Counted from the stretch's first letter, positions 36,988 through 46,812 are shown. The stretch: DNA of 64,000 nt from Candidatus Magasanikiibacteriota bacterium (GCA_036744835.1 DAIOHD010000001.1:736064-800063), one strand, 5' to 3'. Translations and numbers: made by a program. Notes: a model not told the origin generated them from the letters alone.

Positions 36988-37395
36988 CTATATCAAATCT
37001 TTATACTCTTTAACTTCATCCTCAAACTTCACTTCCTCTTTCGTAATCTCCCTAACCTCTTTTGGTAATTTTGAAATATCAAAAAATCTAATTGGCTTAC
37101 CTAAACTCTTAAACATTTGGATTTCAGCCAAAACACCATCACTAACCTCGCCATAAACCCACAATTCATCGCTTCTTTTCATTAAATTATTATTACCATT
37201 CCGCACCAAATCTCTTTCTACCAATTCATATAAATAATAACCAAACGTGTTAAATGGATTTACCGGTACAACTCCTTGTTCAAAAGCGTGTTTGCAAATC
37301 AACATTCTTTGATGAAAATTTTTACAAGACTGAGCAGTAAAAATCACCTTCTTTTCTTCTTGCAACCCTTCTGCAATATGTTCAAAATTATTCAT
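36988..37395 (-). CDS. hypothetical protein, possibly nucleoside 2-deoxyribosyltransferase-like / DUF4406-like fold
   Basis: VFTAQSC...ELWVYGEVSDGVLAEIQMFKSLGKPIRFF pattern reminiscent of that superfamily; weak. Confidence 0.4.
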   Translation of the reverse strand: MNNFEHIAEGLQEEKKVIFTAQSCKNFHQRMLICKHAFEQGVVPVNPFNTFGYYLYELVERDLVRNGNNNLMKRSDELWVYGEVSDGVLAEIQMFKSLGKPIRFFDISKLPKEVREITKEEVKFEDEVKEYKDLI

Positions 37396-37405
37396 AATAT
37401 TTGTT

Positions 37406-37783
37406 TTACTTCTTTTCTTTCATTAAATTACCAATTTTATCCAAAAATTCTTTTATCGCCTCAACATCTTTTTCTTCTTTTATTCTATCCAAATTACTGT
37501 TAAAATTGACAACTAGACTATTTAGGCTTTCTATCGCTTTAGCGTCACTTAATTTTAAAACATACGGAAGAATGTTTGGATTTTTTTCTTCCCCTGAAAA
37601 ATACTCTTCATAAGTTTGTATCGGCTTCATTTCTTCAAATCTTGATAATTGTCTACAAAAGTCTATCATCAAATAAGCATTTACATAATCCATGCTCAAC
37701 TTTACACCACCACCAAATTGCATATCTACTTGCCTTTTTTCTTCAAGAGGTAAGCTGATTTCTTCGGGTTTAAATTTTTCCAT
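37406..37783 (-). CDS. hypothetical protein
   Basis: 125-aa ORF co-oriented with the neighbouring gene, 10 bp upstream of it. Confidence 0.4.
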   Translation of the reverse strand: MEKFKPEEISLPLEEKRQVDMQFGGGVKLSMDYVNAYLMIDFCRQLSRFEEMKPIQTYEEYFSGEEKNPNILPYVLKLSDAKAIESLNSLVVNFNSNLDRIKEEKDVEAIKEFLDKIGNLMKEKK

Positions 37784-37895
37784 ACTTTTAATTATTTTTA
37801 ATTTTATTAACTAAATCGTACCAAAAATAACCAGCTGTGTCCAGTTTGTACATATTATTGCCACAACCCAAATTTTCCGCTAAAATATAGTCAAT

Positions 37896-38864
37896 ATGAA
37901 TCCTGTCTCTGTTATAATTTATAGTTATATTTTAACTGCTTTATTGCTGGTTTATTTTATAGTTCGCGATTTACGACAAAAAGACCTATTTTTCAACCTT
38001 CATAAAAAAATTGCCTATTTGTGCGTTATTGTACTGTGTTTTGGAATTATCTGCGCTTTTTACGCACATTTGATAGAACCATTTATTTTAATCACCAAAC
38101 AAGTAGAAATAGAAAACACATCTTTTAAAAATCCTATCAAAATTGCTTTTGTTGCCGATATTCAAGCTGGTAGACATAAAAAAATTGATTGGATAGAAAA
38201 AATCACGGATAAAATAATAGCGACTGAACCAGATTTAGTAATTTTTGGCGGAGATTTGATAGATAATGAGGGGGTTTTTGAAGACGAAAGTATTTATTTA
38301 GAACCGTTAAAAAAGGTTGCAAAAAAATATCCAAGTTTCTATGTGTTTGGAAATCACGAGTATGGTTTAGGGCAAATGGATTTATCCAAAAGACATCTAG
38401 GCACGGGTGACAAAACAAAAGAATTAACAAATCAAATGGAAAAACTCAACATAACTTTATTAAAAAATAATTTATATTGTTTAGAAGTAAAAAATCAAAA
38501 TCTTTGTCTTTTTGGCATTGATGATATTTATGCTGGAAAAAAAGATTATGCAGAATTAAAAAATTTACCTGAAAACTACCCCTTGATTTTTATTACTCAC
38601 AATCCAGATGGTATACTTGATTACCCGGAAATATTTAAAAAACCCAATTTAGTTTTAGCTGGACATACTCACGGCGGACAAGTTTATTTACCTGTTTTAG
38701 GGCCAGTTGGTAGCGTTGATTTGATATTACCTAAAAAATTCTATCGTGGATTAAATTATTGGGAAAATATCCCTATTTTTACTTCTGTAGGAGTTGGTGA
38801 ATCAGGAGGGCAAATACGTTTTATGTCTATTCCAGAAATTGTCTTGATTACTTTAACCCCTTGA
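37896..38864 (+). CDS. membrane-anchored metallophosphoesterase (calcineurin-like)
   Basis: N-terminal TMs then IAFVADIQAG...IFGGDLID...YVFGNHEY...GHTHGGQ metal-binding motifs. Confidence 0.8.
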   Translation: MNPVSVIIYSYILTALLLVYFIVRDLRQKDLFFNLHKKIAYLCVIVLCFGIICAFYAHLIEPFILITKQVEIENTSFKNPIKIAFVADIQAGRHKKIDWIEKITDKIIATEPDLVIFGGDLIDNEGVFEDESIYLEPLKKVAKKYPSFYVFGNHEYGLGQMDLSKRHLGTGDKTKELTNQMEKLNITLLKNNLYCLEVKNQNLCLFGIDDIYAGKKDYAELKNLPENYPLIFITHNPDGILDYPEIFKKPNLVLAGHTHGGQVYLPVLGPVGSVDLILPKKFYRGLNYWENIPIFTSVGVGESGGQIRFMSIPEIVLITLTP

Positions 38865-38907
38865 TTTTTTGGCTAATTTGTGCTAAAATAAACCAAATAC
38901 AAAGCAT

Positions 38908-39915
38908 ATGTTATACCCTAAAAAAATCACTAAATTTAGCCAAATTAATCTGGTCAATACCTCTTCTCCAGTCGGCAAAAACGACTGGTCTGTTTTCGAA
39001 AAATCTCTAAGTAAACTCCAAACACAATATCCGTTAACCAAATATTTTGAAGTGGAAAGAAATTATCTTGACCCACGCTATCTTTCTGCGTCCGGTTTAG
39101 AGCGTTTACGTAAACTTCGCAAAGCTCTCAAAAAAGTAAATTGGCTTTTACCGGTTTACGGTGGCACCGGATGTGCTGACATTGTTCGTCGTTTTTCCCC
39201 CGAAGATTTAGCAAGGCTAAAAAAACAAAAACCGATTGTGAACGGATTTTCTGATACGACTTTTTTAATAAACTTTTTATATTTTAAGATTAAACTTCTC
39301 ACTTTTCATTACAGTAATGCTTGCGGACTTTTTGTCCAAAATAATTATAAATTATTTTTTGATGTTATCTCCGGAGAAAAAACTAAATTTTCTTTTCAAG
39401 AAAAAAATTATAAATGGATAGGTAGCGCCGGAGCACCAAACAACCCACTTGAGGGTATTTGCATCGGCGGCAATTTCAGCACTTTTCGCGATTTGCTAGA
39501 CATCGGCGATATTAATCCACGTTCTTGGGAAGATTATATTTTATTTATTGAGGAACTGGATATGGATTTGGAAGATTTACATCGGATAGTTATCGCTTTG
39601 GATGCGCGAGGTGTTTTCAGGAAAATAAAGGCTTTGGTCATCGGCAAAATGAATGAAAAAAAACTCGGCAGTGAATATAGACGTTTCAATGATATCTTTA
39701 ATCGTGAAAATGAAATGAAATTTACTAATGTTTTTGAATATTTGATTTCCGATGTTTTACAAAAACGCATACAGGAAAATGACCCTCTTTATATTTTAAA
39801 AGTTGAAAACTTTGGACATGGTGTTTATAAAAATACCATGATTTTACCAATTGGAGGAAAAACAATTATTTATCCAGACAAAAAGATAGAATTTATCGGG
39901 CCGTTTGTAGAATAA
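38908..39915 (+). CDS. LD-carboxypeptidase-like protein (peptidase S66 family)
   Basis: Nucleophile motif PIVNGFSDTTFL (cf. GYSDITAL) and overall ~330 aa two-domain layout. Confidence 0.6.
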   Translation: MLYPKKITKFSQINLVNTSSPVGKNDWSVFEKSLSKLQTQYPLTKYFEVERNYLDPRYLSASGLERLRKLRKALKKVNWLLPVYGGTGCADIVRRFSPEDLARLKKQKPIVNGFSDTTFLINFLYFKIKLLTFHYSNACGLFVQNNYKLFFDVISGEKTKFSFQEKNYKWIGSAGAPNNPLEGICIGGNFSTFRDLLDIGDINPRSWEDYILFIEELDMDLEDLHRIVIALDARGVFRKIKALVIGKMNEKKLGSEYRRFNDIFNRENEMKFTNVFEYLISDVLQKRIQENDPLYILKVENFGHGVYKNTMILPIGGKTIIYPDKKIEFIGPFVE

Positions 39916-39969
39916 AATTACAAAGATTACAAAAATTAAAATTCGTCCAATCAATTGGACGAATTTTTT

Positions 39970-40002
39970 ATAAAAAAATAGCGTGGCTTGCAGGCCACGC
40001 TA
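39970..40002 (-). terminator. strong rho-independent terminator on minus strand (tagcgtggc-ctgcaa-gccacgcta + T7), ~210 bp downstream of recO
   Basis: 9-bp perfect GC-rich stem, A7 on plus strand. Confidence 0.6.
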
Positions 40003-40212
40003 TAAAGTACGAAAAACATGAAGTTTTAAAGGGACACAAGGAGGTTTTTAACCGCGCGAGATGAAATTTCTTGAGGCGTGGCTCTAGCGTTCTTCTCTGC
40101 AAAGAAGAACAAGCCGATAAAACTCTCCTCCATCAGGAGTTTCGTATGATCAAGGGATCAAACGGAACATTTAATATGTTACCAATAAACAGTATTTCTG
40201 TCAATAACTTTT

Positions 40213-40932
40213 TTAATTTATCAAAAAAATTAAAGTAGGTACTTTTTTTTCACTATAATACGTACAAAAATCATTTAATATTTGTTCTTGTTTTTGTGTT
40301 TCTTCTTTATTTGTTTTAATTTCCGCCCAATCATTTCTAATTAACATTTTCAAATTTTCTTTGTCTTTATCTTTGAGAAAAATAGCTTTTTGTAAATATG
40401 TATTTTTATCTCTACAATTATCACAGAGCAGTCCCCCGTTTAATGACGAAAAGAAATTTAAATTATTTTCTTGGTTACAAACTACGCAAGTATCCAAATT
40501 TGGCGAATAACCCTGCATTACAAAAACTTTCCAAACAAAAGTTAAAGCTAAAATTCTATCTACTTCTTTTGTTTGGGTTAAAAATTTTAAATAAGAAAAA
40601 AATAATTTAAAAATTTTATTTTCCGGTTGGTTATTTGGTAACAAGCGCGCCAAAACTTCACAGGCATATCTAGCCAATAGACTTTTTTGCCAATCGGTGC
40701 GTATTTCTTTAAAACTTTCAATCGAAGTTGCAGTAGTTAAACGAAAAAATTCTTTACCCTCAATAATTTCAACTTCAGACAAAAAAAACGGCTCTAAAAA
40801 AGCCGAGTTTTTCGATGTAATTTTTTTTATACCTTTACTCAAAATCTCTATTTTTCCTTTTTCCGCCGTAAACAAAGTTATGATTTGATCAGTTTCTCTA
40901 AAATCTCGACGGAATAGAACAAAAGCAAGCAT
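40213..40932 (-). CDS. recO: DNA repair protein RecO
   Basis: OB-fold N-terminus and C-terminal zinc finger CVVCNQ...CDNC typical of RecO. Confidence 0.8.
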   Translation of the reverse strand: MLAFVLFRRDFRETDQIITLFTAEKGKIEILSKGIKKITSKNSAFLEPFFLSEVEIIEGKEFFRLTTATSIESFKEIRTDWQKSLLARYACEVLARLLPNNQPENKIFKLFFSYLKFLTQTKEVDRILALTFVWKVFVMQGYSPNLDTCVVCNQENNLNFFSSLNGGLLCDNCRDKNTYLQKAIFLKDKDKENLKMLIRNDWAEIKTNKEETQKQEQILNDFCTYYSEKKVPTLIFLIN

Positions 40933-40934
40933 AA

Positions 40935-41321
40935 TTATATCTTATTAGCCTCCAAATAATCTTGTAGAATAATCATGGCTGCTTTTTCATCGCGACTAGC
41001 ATCCCCTTCCATCTGATCTGCAGCGAATGAACTAAAACGTTCATCGTAAAAATCAACTGGAATGTTTATATTTTTTTTTAATTCTTCTACAAAACTGCGT
41101 ACTCTTCTACTATTAGAACTTTCTTGCCCCTCAAGCGTCAAAGGTAAACCAAAAACAACTTTATCAGCTCTTTCTTCTTTGATTATTTTGGCTAATTTCA
41201 GCATCATTTCTTCTTTATTTTTCTCTTGAACCTTACCAAAAGGTAACACAACTCCAAGTTCTTTTTGAACCCAAGCAAGACCTATTCTTTTTGTTCCGTA
41301 ATCAACACCGAGTATGTTCAT
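40935..41321 (-). CDS. ruvX: Holliday junction resolvase-like protein RuvX (YqgF)
   Basis: MNILGVDYGTKRIGLA start, LPLTLEGQESSNSRRVRSF. ATG at 41319-41321 (track ORF extends to 41360). Confidence 0.85.
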   Translation of the reverse strand: MNILGVDYGTKRIGLAWVQKELGVVLPFGKVQEKNKEEMMLKLAKIIKEERADKVVFGLPLTLEGQESSNSRRVRSFVEELKKNINIPVDFYDERFSSFAADQMEGDASRDEKAAMIILQDYLEANKI

Positions 41322-41329
41322 AATATTTA

Positions 41330-41450
41330 AAAATCCCAATGTCCAAATCCCAATTTCCAATCAATGCCCAATGCCTAAATGTCCAAATGTAATTGGGGTT
41401 TAGAATTTGGGATTTGATTGGTCATTGGGGTTTGGTCATTAAAAAGTATT
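41330..41450. repeat. CCAAT/CCAAA-rich palindromic spacer between map and ruvX (arms ...aatcccaatgtccaaatcccaatttccaat... / ...attggtcattggggtttggtcatt...)
   Basis: Imperfect long inverted repeat of short degenerate units read directly. Confidence 0.4.
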
Positions 41451-41453
41451 TAA

Positions 41454-42248
41454 TCAAATTATTTCTTGATTTTCATTGGGTCTTCTCGTAATCACCTCAC
41501 ACCCATCTTCTGTAACAACAACAGTGTGTTCATAATGTGCACACAGCGAACCGTCGGCCGTATCAATTGAAAAACCATTCGAGCCATCTTTTACCCTCCA
41601 ATCACCCAACGTTATCATCGGTTCAATCGCCAAAACCATTCCTGGTTTTAAAATAAAATTTTCCATTTTTCTATCATAATAATTAGGAATCATCGGATCT
41701 TCATGAACCGCATGACCAACTCCATGACCTACCAATTCACGGACAATACTATATTTACCTTGGCTTTTCACATAAATTTCAATGGCTTTACCAATATCTG
41801 CTACACTATTTCCCGACTTAACAGCTTTTATCCCTTCTTCTAACGATTGTTTGGTCACCCTCATCAATTCTTTTATTTTTGGGCTTACCTCTCCTATTGC
41901 CACTGTAATAGCTGTATCTGTAAACATTCTATTCTTTTGCATCCCAATATCAATAGTAAAAATATCTCCTTTTTTTAAAATAACTTTTTTTGAAGCAGCC
42001 GCATGAACTATTTGTTCATTTACACAAGCACAGATAGTGCTAGGAAATGGTTTATCGTAAGGACTGCTTCTATAATTTTTAAAAGCTGGCTTTCCGCCTG
42101 CTTTTAAAATTAATTTTTCAGCCATTTCGTCTATTTCCCACGTACTTTTTCCGACAACACAAATTTGGCTTAATTTAGACAAAATTTCACCTATTATTTT
42201 CCCTCCCTTTTTTAATTCTTTTATTTCTTTTTGGTTCTTAATCAACAT
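41454..42248 (-). CDS. map: type I methionine aminopeptidase
   Basis: Metal ligands in FTIDIGMQKN..HGVGHAVHE..IEPMI..CAHYEHTVVVT context. Confidence 0.95.
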   Translation of the reverse strand: MLIKNQKEIKELKKGGKIIGEILSKLSQICVVGKSTWEIDEMAEKLILKAGGKPAFKNYRSSPYDKPFPSTICACVNEQIVHAAASKKVILKKGDIFTIDIGMQKNRMFTDTAITVAIGEVSPKIKELMRVTKQSLEEGIKAVKSGNSVADIGKAIEIYVKSQGKYSIVRELVGHGVGHAVHEDPMIPNYYDRKMENFILKPGMVLAIEPMITLGDWRVKDGSNGFSIDTADGSLCAHYEHTVVVTEDGCEVITRRPNENQEII

Positions 42249-42250
42249 AA

Positions 42251-42919
42251 TTACGTATTTATAATTTCATTTTCCACTAAAAGAGTAACCTCGTCAATAC
42301 TTTTCATTCCATCGATAATTTTTAACATTTTATGCTTTCTATAAAAATCCAAAATAGGTTTTTGTGCTACGGAACCCTGAACTTTAATCCTTTTTTTAAT
42401 AACTACCAAATTATCATCTTTACGTAATTTCAACTTCCCGCCACACTTAGGACAAATCTTCAATTTTGCAGTGAGAGATGTCCAGGGAATTATTTCTTCG
42501 CATTTACTGCAAATACGTCTTTTGGTTAACCTGTCAAAAGCTTCTTTGTTTGAAATTTTGATATCCAAAGCTAATATTTCTCCATCTAAATCAAGACTTT
42601 GAAAATGTTTTTGAAAAGCTTTTGCTTGTTTCAGGTTACGTATAGCTCCATCAAAAATAATACCTTGATTTTTTTTCAATAATAATTTGTCAGCTTCTGG
42701 AAAAACAACTTTATAAACTAACCAATCAGGGACTAGATGCCCTTTTTTCATAAATTCTAAAGCCTTTTTAATCCTTGTAGGTAATTTTTCCTGTCTACTT
42801 AGGCGACGCAACAAATCACCTGTACTGATATGTATATAACCGAATTTTTCAACCATTCTCTTTGCCTGAGTACCTTTCCCCGAACCCGGGCTACCTATAA
42901 AAATAATTATTTTTTTCAT
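42251..42919 (-). CDS. adk: adenylate kinase with zinc-binding lid
   Basis: P-loop GSPGSGKGTQA, lid CSKCEEI...CPKCGGKL. Confidence 0.95.
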   Translation of the reverse strand: MKKIIIFIGSPGSGKGTQAKRMVEKFGYIHISTGDLLRRLSRQEKLPTRIKKALEFMKKGHLVPDWLVYKVVFPEADKLLLKKNQGIIFDGAIRNLKQAKAFQKHFQSLDLDGEILALDIKISNKEAFDRLTKRRICSKCEEIIPWTSLTAKLKICPKCGGKLKLRKDDNLVVIKKRIKVQGSVAQKPILDFYRKHKMLKIIDGMKSIDEVTLLVENEIINT

Positions 42920-43019
42920 ATATATTTTTCTTCCTTATTATATCAAAATCAACCTCTTTATACAATTAACCCCGCATTTTTTTAGCGGGGCTAATTTAAA
43001 CTTTTGATTTGAGTGTAAC

Positions 43020-44300
43020 TTATAAATGATCGTACTGGTGCATGGTAACCTGAGAATCTATTTGTTTATAAGTTTCTATTGCCACCGCAACTACGATTAA
43101 CAAAGATGTACCACCAATAGTTAAACTGCGAGAGCCTATAATGGCCTGAAGTAAAAGAGGTAAAATGGCAATCATCCCAAGAAAAGAAGCGCCTACCAAA
43201 TTAATACGATTAACTGTTTTTTGAAGATAACCTTCTGTTTCTTTACCCGGCCTGATACCCGGTACAAATCCACCTTGTTTCTGTAAATTCTCGGCAATCT
43301 TTTGAGGATTGAAAACTACCGAAGTATAGAAAAAAGTAAAACCAAATACTAACAGAAAATAGAAAAGCCCGTAAAAAGTTTGATTTTGAAACAAACCAAT
43401 AATAAAATAAGCAAATTCTTTTAACCATATAGCTTTGGCATTCACAAAAAACTGTGCAATCATCGGAGGCATCATGACAAGTGAAATGGCAAAGATAATA
43501 GGTATAACTCCGGCCATATTTACACGTAATGGCAGATGGGTAGATGAACCACCATATGTTTTATTACCATGCATTTGTTTAGCATAATTAACCGGAATTT
43601 GACGTTGTCCTTCGTTTATAAAAACTACGCCAACAACGGTCAAAATTGTTAAAACAGCAAACATCAATAGAGTATAAAAACTTCCAGTATTATAATTAAC
43701 AACAACCTGTCCCAAAGATGTCGGCAAAGCGGAAACGATACCGGCAAATATAAGTAAAGAAATACCATTGCCAACTTTACGTTCAGAAATCAATTCTCCA
43801 AGCCATACTAAAAACATCGTCCCGGCAGTAATACTAACCATTATAATCAACATGTCAAAATTACTAAAATTTGTAGGCAAAATAGAACGAGCGGAAGTGC
43901 TGAGTAATTTAATCATGGCATAAGATTGAATAAAAGCCAGCGGTACAGTCAACCAACGAGTATACATGTTAATTTTTTGACGACCACCTTCTCCTTCTTT
44001 ACTCATTTCTTCAAGCTTTGGTACAATCATAGTCAAAAGTTGAAAAATGATAGACGAAGTAATATACGGAGCTACCCCAAGCATTATCAAAGAAAAGTTT
44101 TTTACAGTACCGCCTGAAAAAATATCAAGCAATTGAAACATTTGTTGTCCTCCGGATAAAAAATCACGCAATGCCACCACATCTACTCCCGGCACCGGGA
44201 TATGAGCGACAATACGGAAAATAACCAACAAACCAACGACAATTAGGATATTTTGTCTAACATCTTTTATTTTCCAAATTTTTTGAAATGTCTCCCACAT
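43020..44300 (-). CDS. secY: protein translocase subunit SecY
   Basis: 10-TM profile, 426 aa, position downstream of rplO. Confidence 0.95.
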   Translation of the reverse strand: MWETFQKIWKIKDVRQNILIVVGLLVIFRIVAHIPVPGVDVVALRDFLSGGQQMFQLLDIFSGGTVKNFSLIMLGVAPYITSSIIFQLLTMIVPKLEEMSKEGEGGRQKINMYTRWLTVPLAFIQSYAMIKLLSTSARSILPTNFSNFDMLIIMVSITAGTMFLVWLGELISERKVGNGISLLIFAGIVSALPTSLGQVVVNYNTGSFYTLLMFAVLTILTVVGVVFINEGQRQIPVNYAKQMHGNKTYGGSSTHLPLRVNMAGVIPIIFAISLVMMPPMIAQFFVNAKAIWLKEFAYFIIGLFQNQTFYGLFYFLLVFGFTFFYTSVVFNPQKIAENLQKQGGFVPGIRPGKETEGYLQKTVNRINLVGASFLGMIAILPLLLQAIIGSRSLTIGGTSLLIVVAVAIETYKQIDSQVTMHQYDHL

Positions 44301-44321
44301 AGGATTTTAAAGTTAGGTCCT

Positions 44322-44762
44322 TTATTTAATTTCGCCGCCCAATTCTTTAACAATTTCTGCGGCTTTAGTTGTAAATTTTATCCCTTCAAAAGATAATTTC
44401 TTTGTTAATTTTCCGGTATTAACTACTTTAACAGTTTTAATATTTGACCCGATAACTTTTTTTTCTACTAAAGATTTCAAATTAATTTTATCGCCAGAAG
44501 AAAATTTCTTATCCAAAATATCCAAATTCAAAGTTAGCGGTCTAACTTCTAAAGAATTAAACCCGCGTAATTTAGGAGTTGATTGCATCAAACGGCGAAA
44601 AGCTTTTTGTTTCAAACGATGAGCCCCGCCAGATCTAGCTGTTTGTCCTTTACCACCACGAGTAGAGGAAGTTCCGTGACCGGAAGCATTACCCCGACCA
44701 ACTAATTTCTTTTTTTTATGAGAACCATGAGCTGGTTTTAGGGTATGAATCTTTAATTTCAT
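44322..44762 (-). CDS. rplO: 50S ribosomal protein L15
   Basis: GRGNASGHGTSSTRGGKGQTARSGG. Confidence 0.9.
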   Translation of the reverse strand: MKLKIHTLKPAHGSHKKKKLVGRGNASGHGTSSTRGGKGQTARSGGAHRLKQKAFRRLMQSTPKLRGFNSLEVRPLTLNLDILDKKFSSGDKINLKSLVEKKVIGSNIKTVKVVNTGKLTKKLSFEGIKFTTKAAEIVKELGGEIK

Positions 44763-44801
44763 AAACTATTTATTATTAAGTAATTTTGCTAACAATTTCT
44801 T

Positions 44802-45431
44802 TTATTTCTTTTTAATAGTTTCTTTTTTGACCGGTTTCTTATCTTCTTCTTTTTTTATTTCCTTTGTTTTAGAAATTTCTACAAAATTATTTTCCGGTTT
44901 TTTGTTTTGTTCAATTTCTTTTCTTTTATTCATTACTTCATAACGACCATTCTTAGTTTTAAAAGATTGTAAAGCTTCCAAAGTAGCTTTGGCAATAGAA
45001 ATTTTATTTTTGGTTCTACCTAAAATTTTAGACGACACATTCGGAACGCCGGCCAGTTCTAGAACTACACGAACTGGACCTCCGGCGATAATACCAGAAC
45101 CTTTTGGAGCCGGTTTAAGCATCACTACGGCAGCATTAGCCTTACTGATAACAGGGTGTGGAATTGTTTCGTTAATAATCGGAACGTTGATAATGTGCTT
45201 TTTAGCTTGTCTTACGGCTTTTTCCACGCCAAACTGAACATCTTTGCCTTTGGACAAACCCAGACCAACTCTACCTTTGTGATCACCTAAAATAACACAG
45301 GCACGAAAACTCAACTGTTTACCGCCTTGAGTCACACGAGTAACACGGGCCAAATCCAAAATATGTTGGTCGAATTCTTTTTTTTCTTCACGAGGACGTC
45401 CGTCTTTTTTTCGAAATGATTTTTCTTTCAT
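44802..45431 (-). CDS. rpsE: 30S ribosomal protein S5 with Lys-rich C-terminal extension. Followed directly by L15; no L30 gene is present
   Basis: dsRBD and S5 core (GRVGLGLSKGKDV...GSGIIAGGPVRVVLELAGV); 209 aa. Confidence 0.9.
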   Translation of the reverse strand: MKEKSFRKKDGRPREEKKEFDQHILDLARVTRVTQGGKQLSFRACVILGDHKGRVGLGLSKGKDVQFGVEKAVRQAKKHIINVPIINETIPHPVISKANAAVVMLKPAPKGSGIIAGGPVRVVLELAGVPNVSSKILGRTKNKISIAKATLEALQSFKTKNGRYEVMNKRKEIEQNKKPENNFVEISKTKEIKKEEDKKPVKKETIKKK

Positions 45432-45448
45432 AAATAAAAAATTACTTA

Positions 45449-45823
45449 TTAAAATTGTAATCCCCCGTCACGGGCACCTTGTGCTACTGCTGCTATCCGA
45501 CCATGATAACGATAACCTCCGCGATCAAAAACTACCTGTTGTATACCTTTGGTTTTTGCCAATTCGGCCAATTTTTTACCAGCCACATAAGCAATTGCCA
45601 CTTTTGCTTCTTTACCTTCAATTTTTTCCGGCTTTATATCAATAGAATTAACGAAACACAATGTCGTACCTTTTACGTCATCGATGATTTGTAAGGTAAC
45701 ATTTTTTAAACTACGAAAAACGGATAAACGAGGAACTTGCGCTGTACCTTTTATCACAGCGCGGATACGTTTATGGCGAATTTCTCTAGCTTTATTTTTG
45801 GCTTTTGAAAATTTTCTTTTCAT
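45449..45823 (-). CDS. rplR: 50S ribosomal protein L18
   Basis: RLSVFRSLKN...DRGGYRYHGRIAAVAQGARDGGLQF. Confidence 0.9.
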   Translation of the reverse strand: MKRKFSKAKNKAREIRHKRIRAVIKGTAQVPRLSVFRSLKNVTLQIIDDVKGTTLCFVNSIDIKPEKIEGKEAKVAIAYVAGKKLAELAKTKGIQQVVFDRGGYRYHGRIAAVAQGARDGGLQF

Positions 45824-45847
45824 AACGGTAATTATTAACTAAAAAAT

Positions 45848-46396
45848 TTATTTAGCGGATTTCGCTGCAGTCTTTCCAGCCTTGCGTCGAATAACTTCAT
45901 CCATATATTTAATACCTTTTCCTTTATAAGGTTCTGGTTTGCGAATTTTACGAATCTGGGCGGATATTTCACCGACCAATTGTTTATCTATGCCTTCAAC
46001 GGCAATAACATTCTTTTCTACAGCGAAGCTAATACCTTCCGGAGCTTTAAAAATAACCGGATGAGAAAAACCGACTTCCAAAGATAAGTCTTTTCCTTTT
46101 AAAGCAACTTTAAAACCAACTCCGTTGATTTCAAGTTCTTTTTTAAATCCTTTGGTAACACCTTCAAATAAATTTTCAATCAAACTGCTAAAAGTACCCC
46201 AGAGAGCACAGTCTTTTTTATTATTTTCATCAACTACGTTTACAGTTAAAGTTCCGTCGTTTTGAACTACTGTTACACGAGGATGCAAAGAAAGAGATAA
46301 TTTACCTTTTGGCCCGGTAACCAACAACTCTCCGTTTTTTATTTCCACGGTTACTCCGGAAGGAATTTTTCTAATAATTTTACCTACACGAGACAT
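45848..46396 (-). CDS. rplF: 50S ribosomal protein L6
   Basis: MSRVGKIIRKIPSGVTVEIKNGELLVTGPKGKLS; two-domain L6. Confidence 0.9.
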   Translation of the reverse strand: MSRVGKIIRKIPSGVTVEIKNGELLVTGPKGKLSLSLHPRVTVVQNDGTLTVNVVDENNKKDCALWGTFSSLIENLFEGVTKGFKKELEINGVGFKVALKGKDLSLEVGFSHPVIFKAPEGISFAVEKNVIAVEGIDKQLVGEISAQIRKIRKPEPYKGKGIKYMDEVIRRKAGKTAAKSAK

Positions 46397-46422
46397 ATGA
46401 TTTTAAAATTAAATTCCGTAAT

Positions 46423-46812
46423 TTAGTAAACTTCACAAATGATTTCTCCTCCGATTTTATCACGAGAAGCTTCCCATCCTGTCATAACACCTCTTGGAGT
46501 AGAAATAATTGCAATTCCAAAACCATTCAAAACTTTATCAATTTCACTACTCTTTGCATAACGTCTTTGACCAGGTTTACTAATACGTTTTAATGAATGA
46601 ATTACTGGTTTTCTATCTTCGTATTTCAAAGTTATTACCAGTTGCGGAATTTTGTCTTTGCTTTTTTCCGCTTTATCTAAATAACCTTCTTTTACCAAGG
46701 TTAAGGCAATAGCCATTTTAATTTTTGAAAAAGGCACCGTTACTTCGGCTTTTTTTACCGCTGAAGCATTACGTATTCTTGTAAGCATGTCGGCGATAGG
46801 ATCAGTCATCAT
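46423..46812 (-). CDS. rpsH: 30S ribosomal protein S8
   Basis: MMTDPIADMLTRIRNA. Confidence 0.9.
   Translation of the reverse strand: MMTDPIADMLTRIRNASAVKKAEVTVPFSKIKMAIALTLVKEGYLDKAEKSKDKIPQLVITLKYEDRKPVIHSLKRISKPGQRRYAKSSEIDKVLNGFGIAIISTPRGVMTGWEASRDKIGGEIICEVY

Noticed and set aside
36848-37156. 102-aa plus-strand ORF
   Set aside because: Overlaps the GC-rich structured RNA candidate and the 3' end of the minus-strand gene. Translation is low complexity. More parsimonious as a non-coding structure.
39960-40210. SRP RNA / 6S / RNase P RNA in the recO-downstream spacer
   Set aside because: No domain IV GGAA-tetraloop motif, no RNase P P4 consensus. Kept only as an unclassified sRNA / 3' UTR candidate.
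44762-44802. Missing rpmD between rpsE and rplO as a possible assembly gap or pseudogene
   Set aside because: The rpsE stop and rplO start are separated by only ~40 bp of clean sequence with no frame remnants. Absence is genuine within this window and consistent with the known lack of L30 in CPR.
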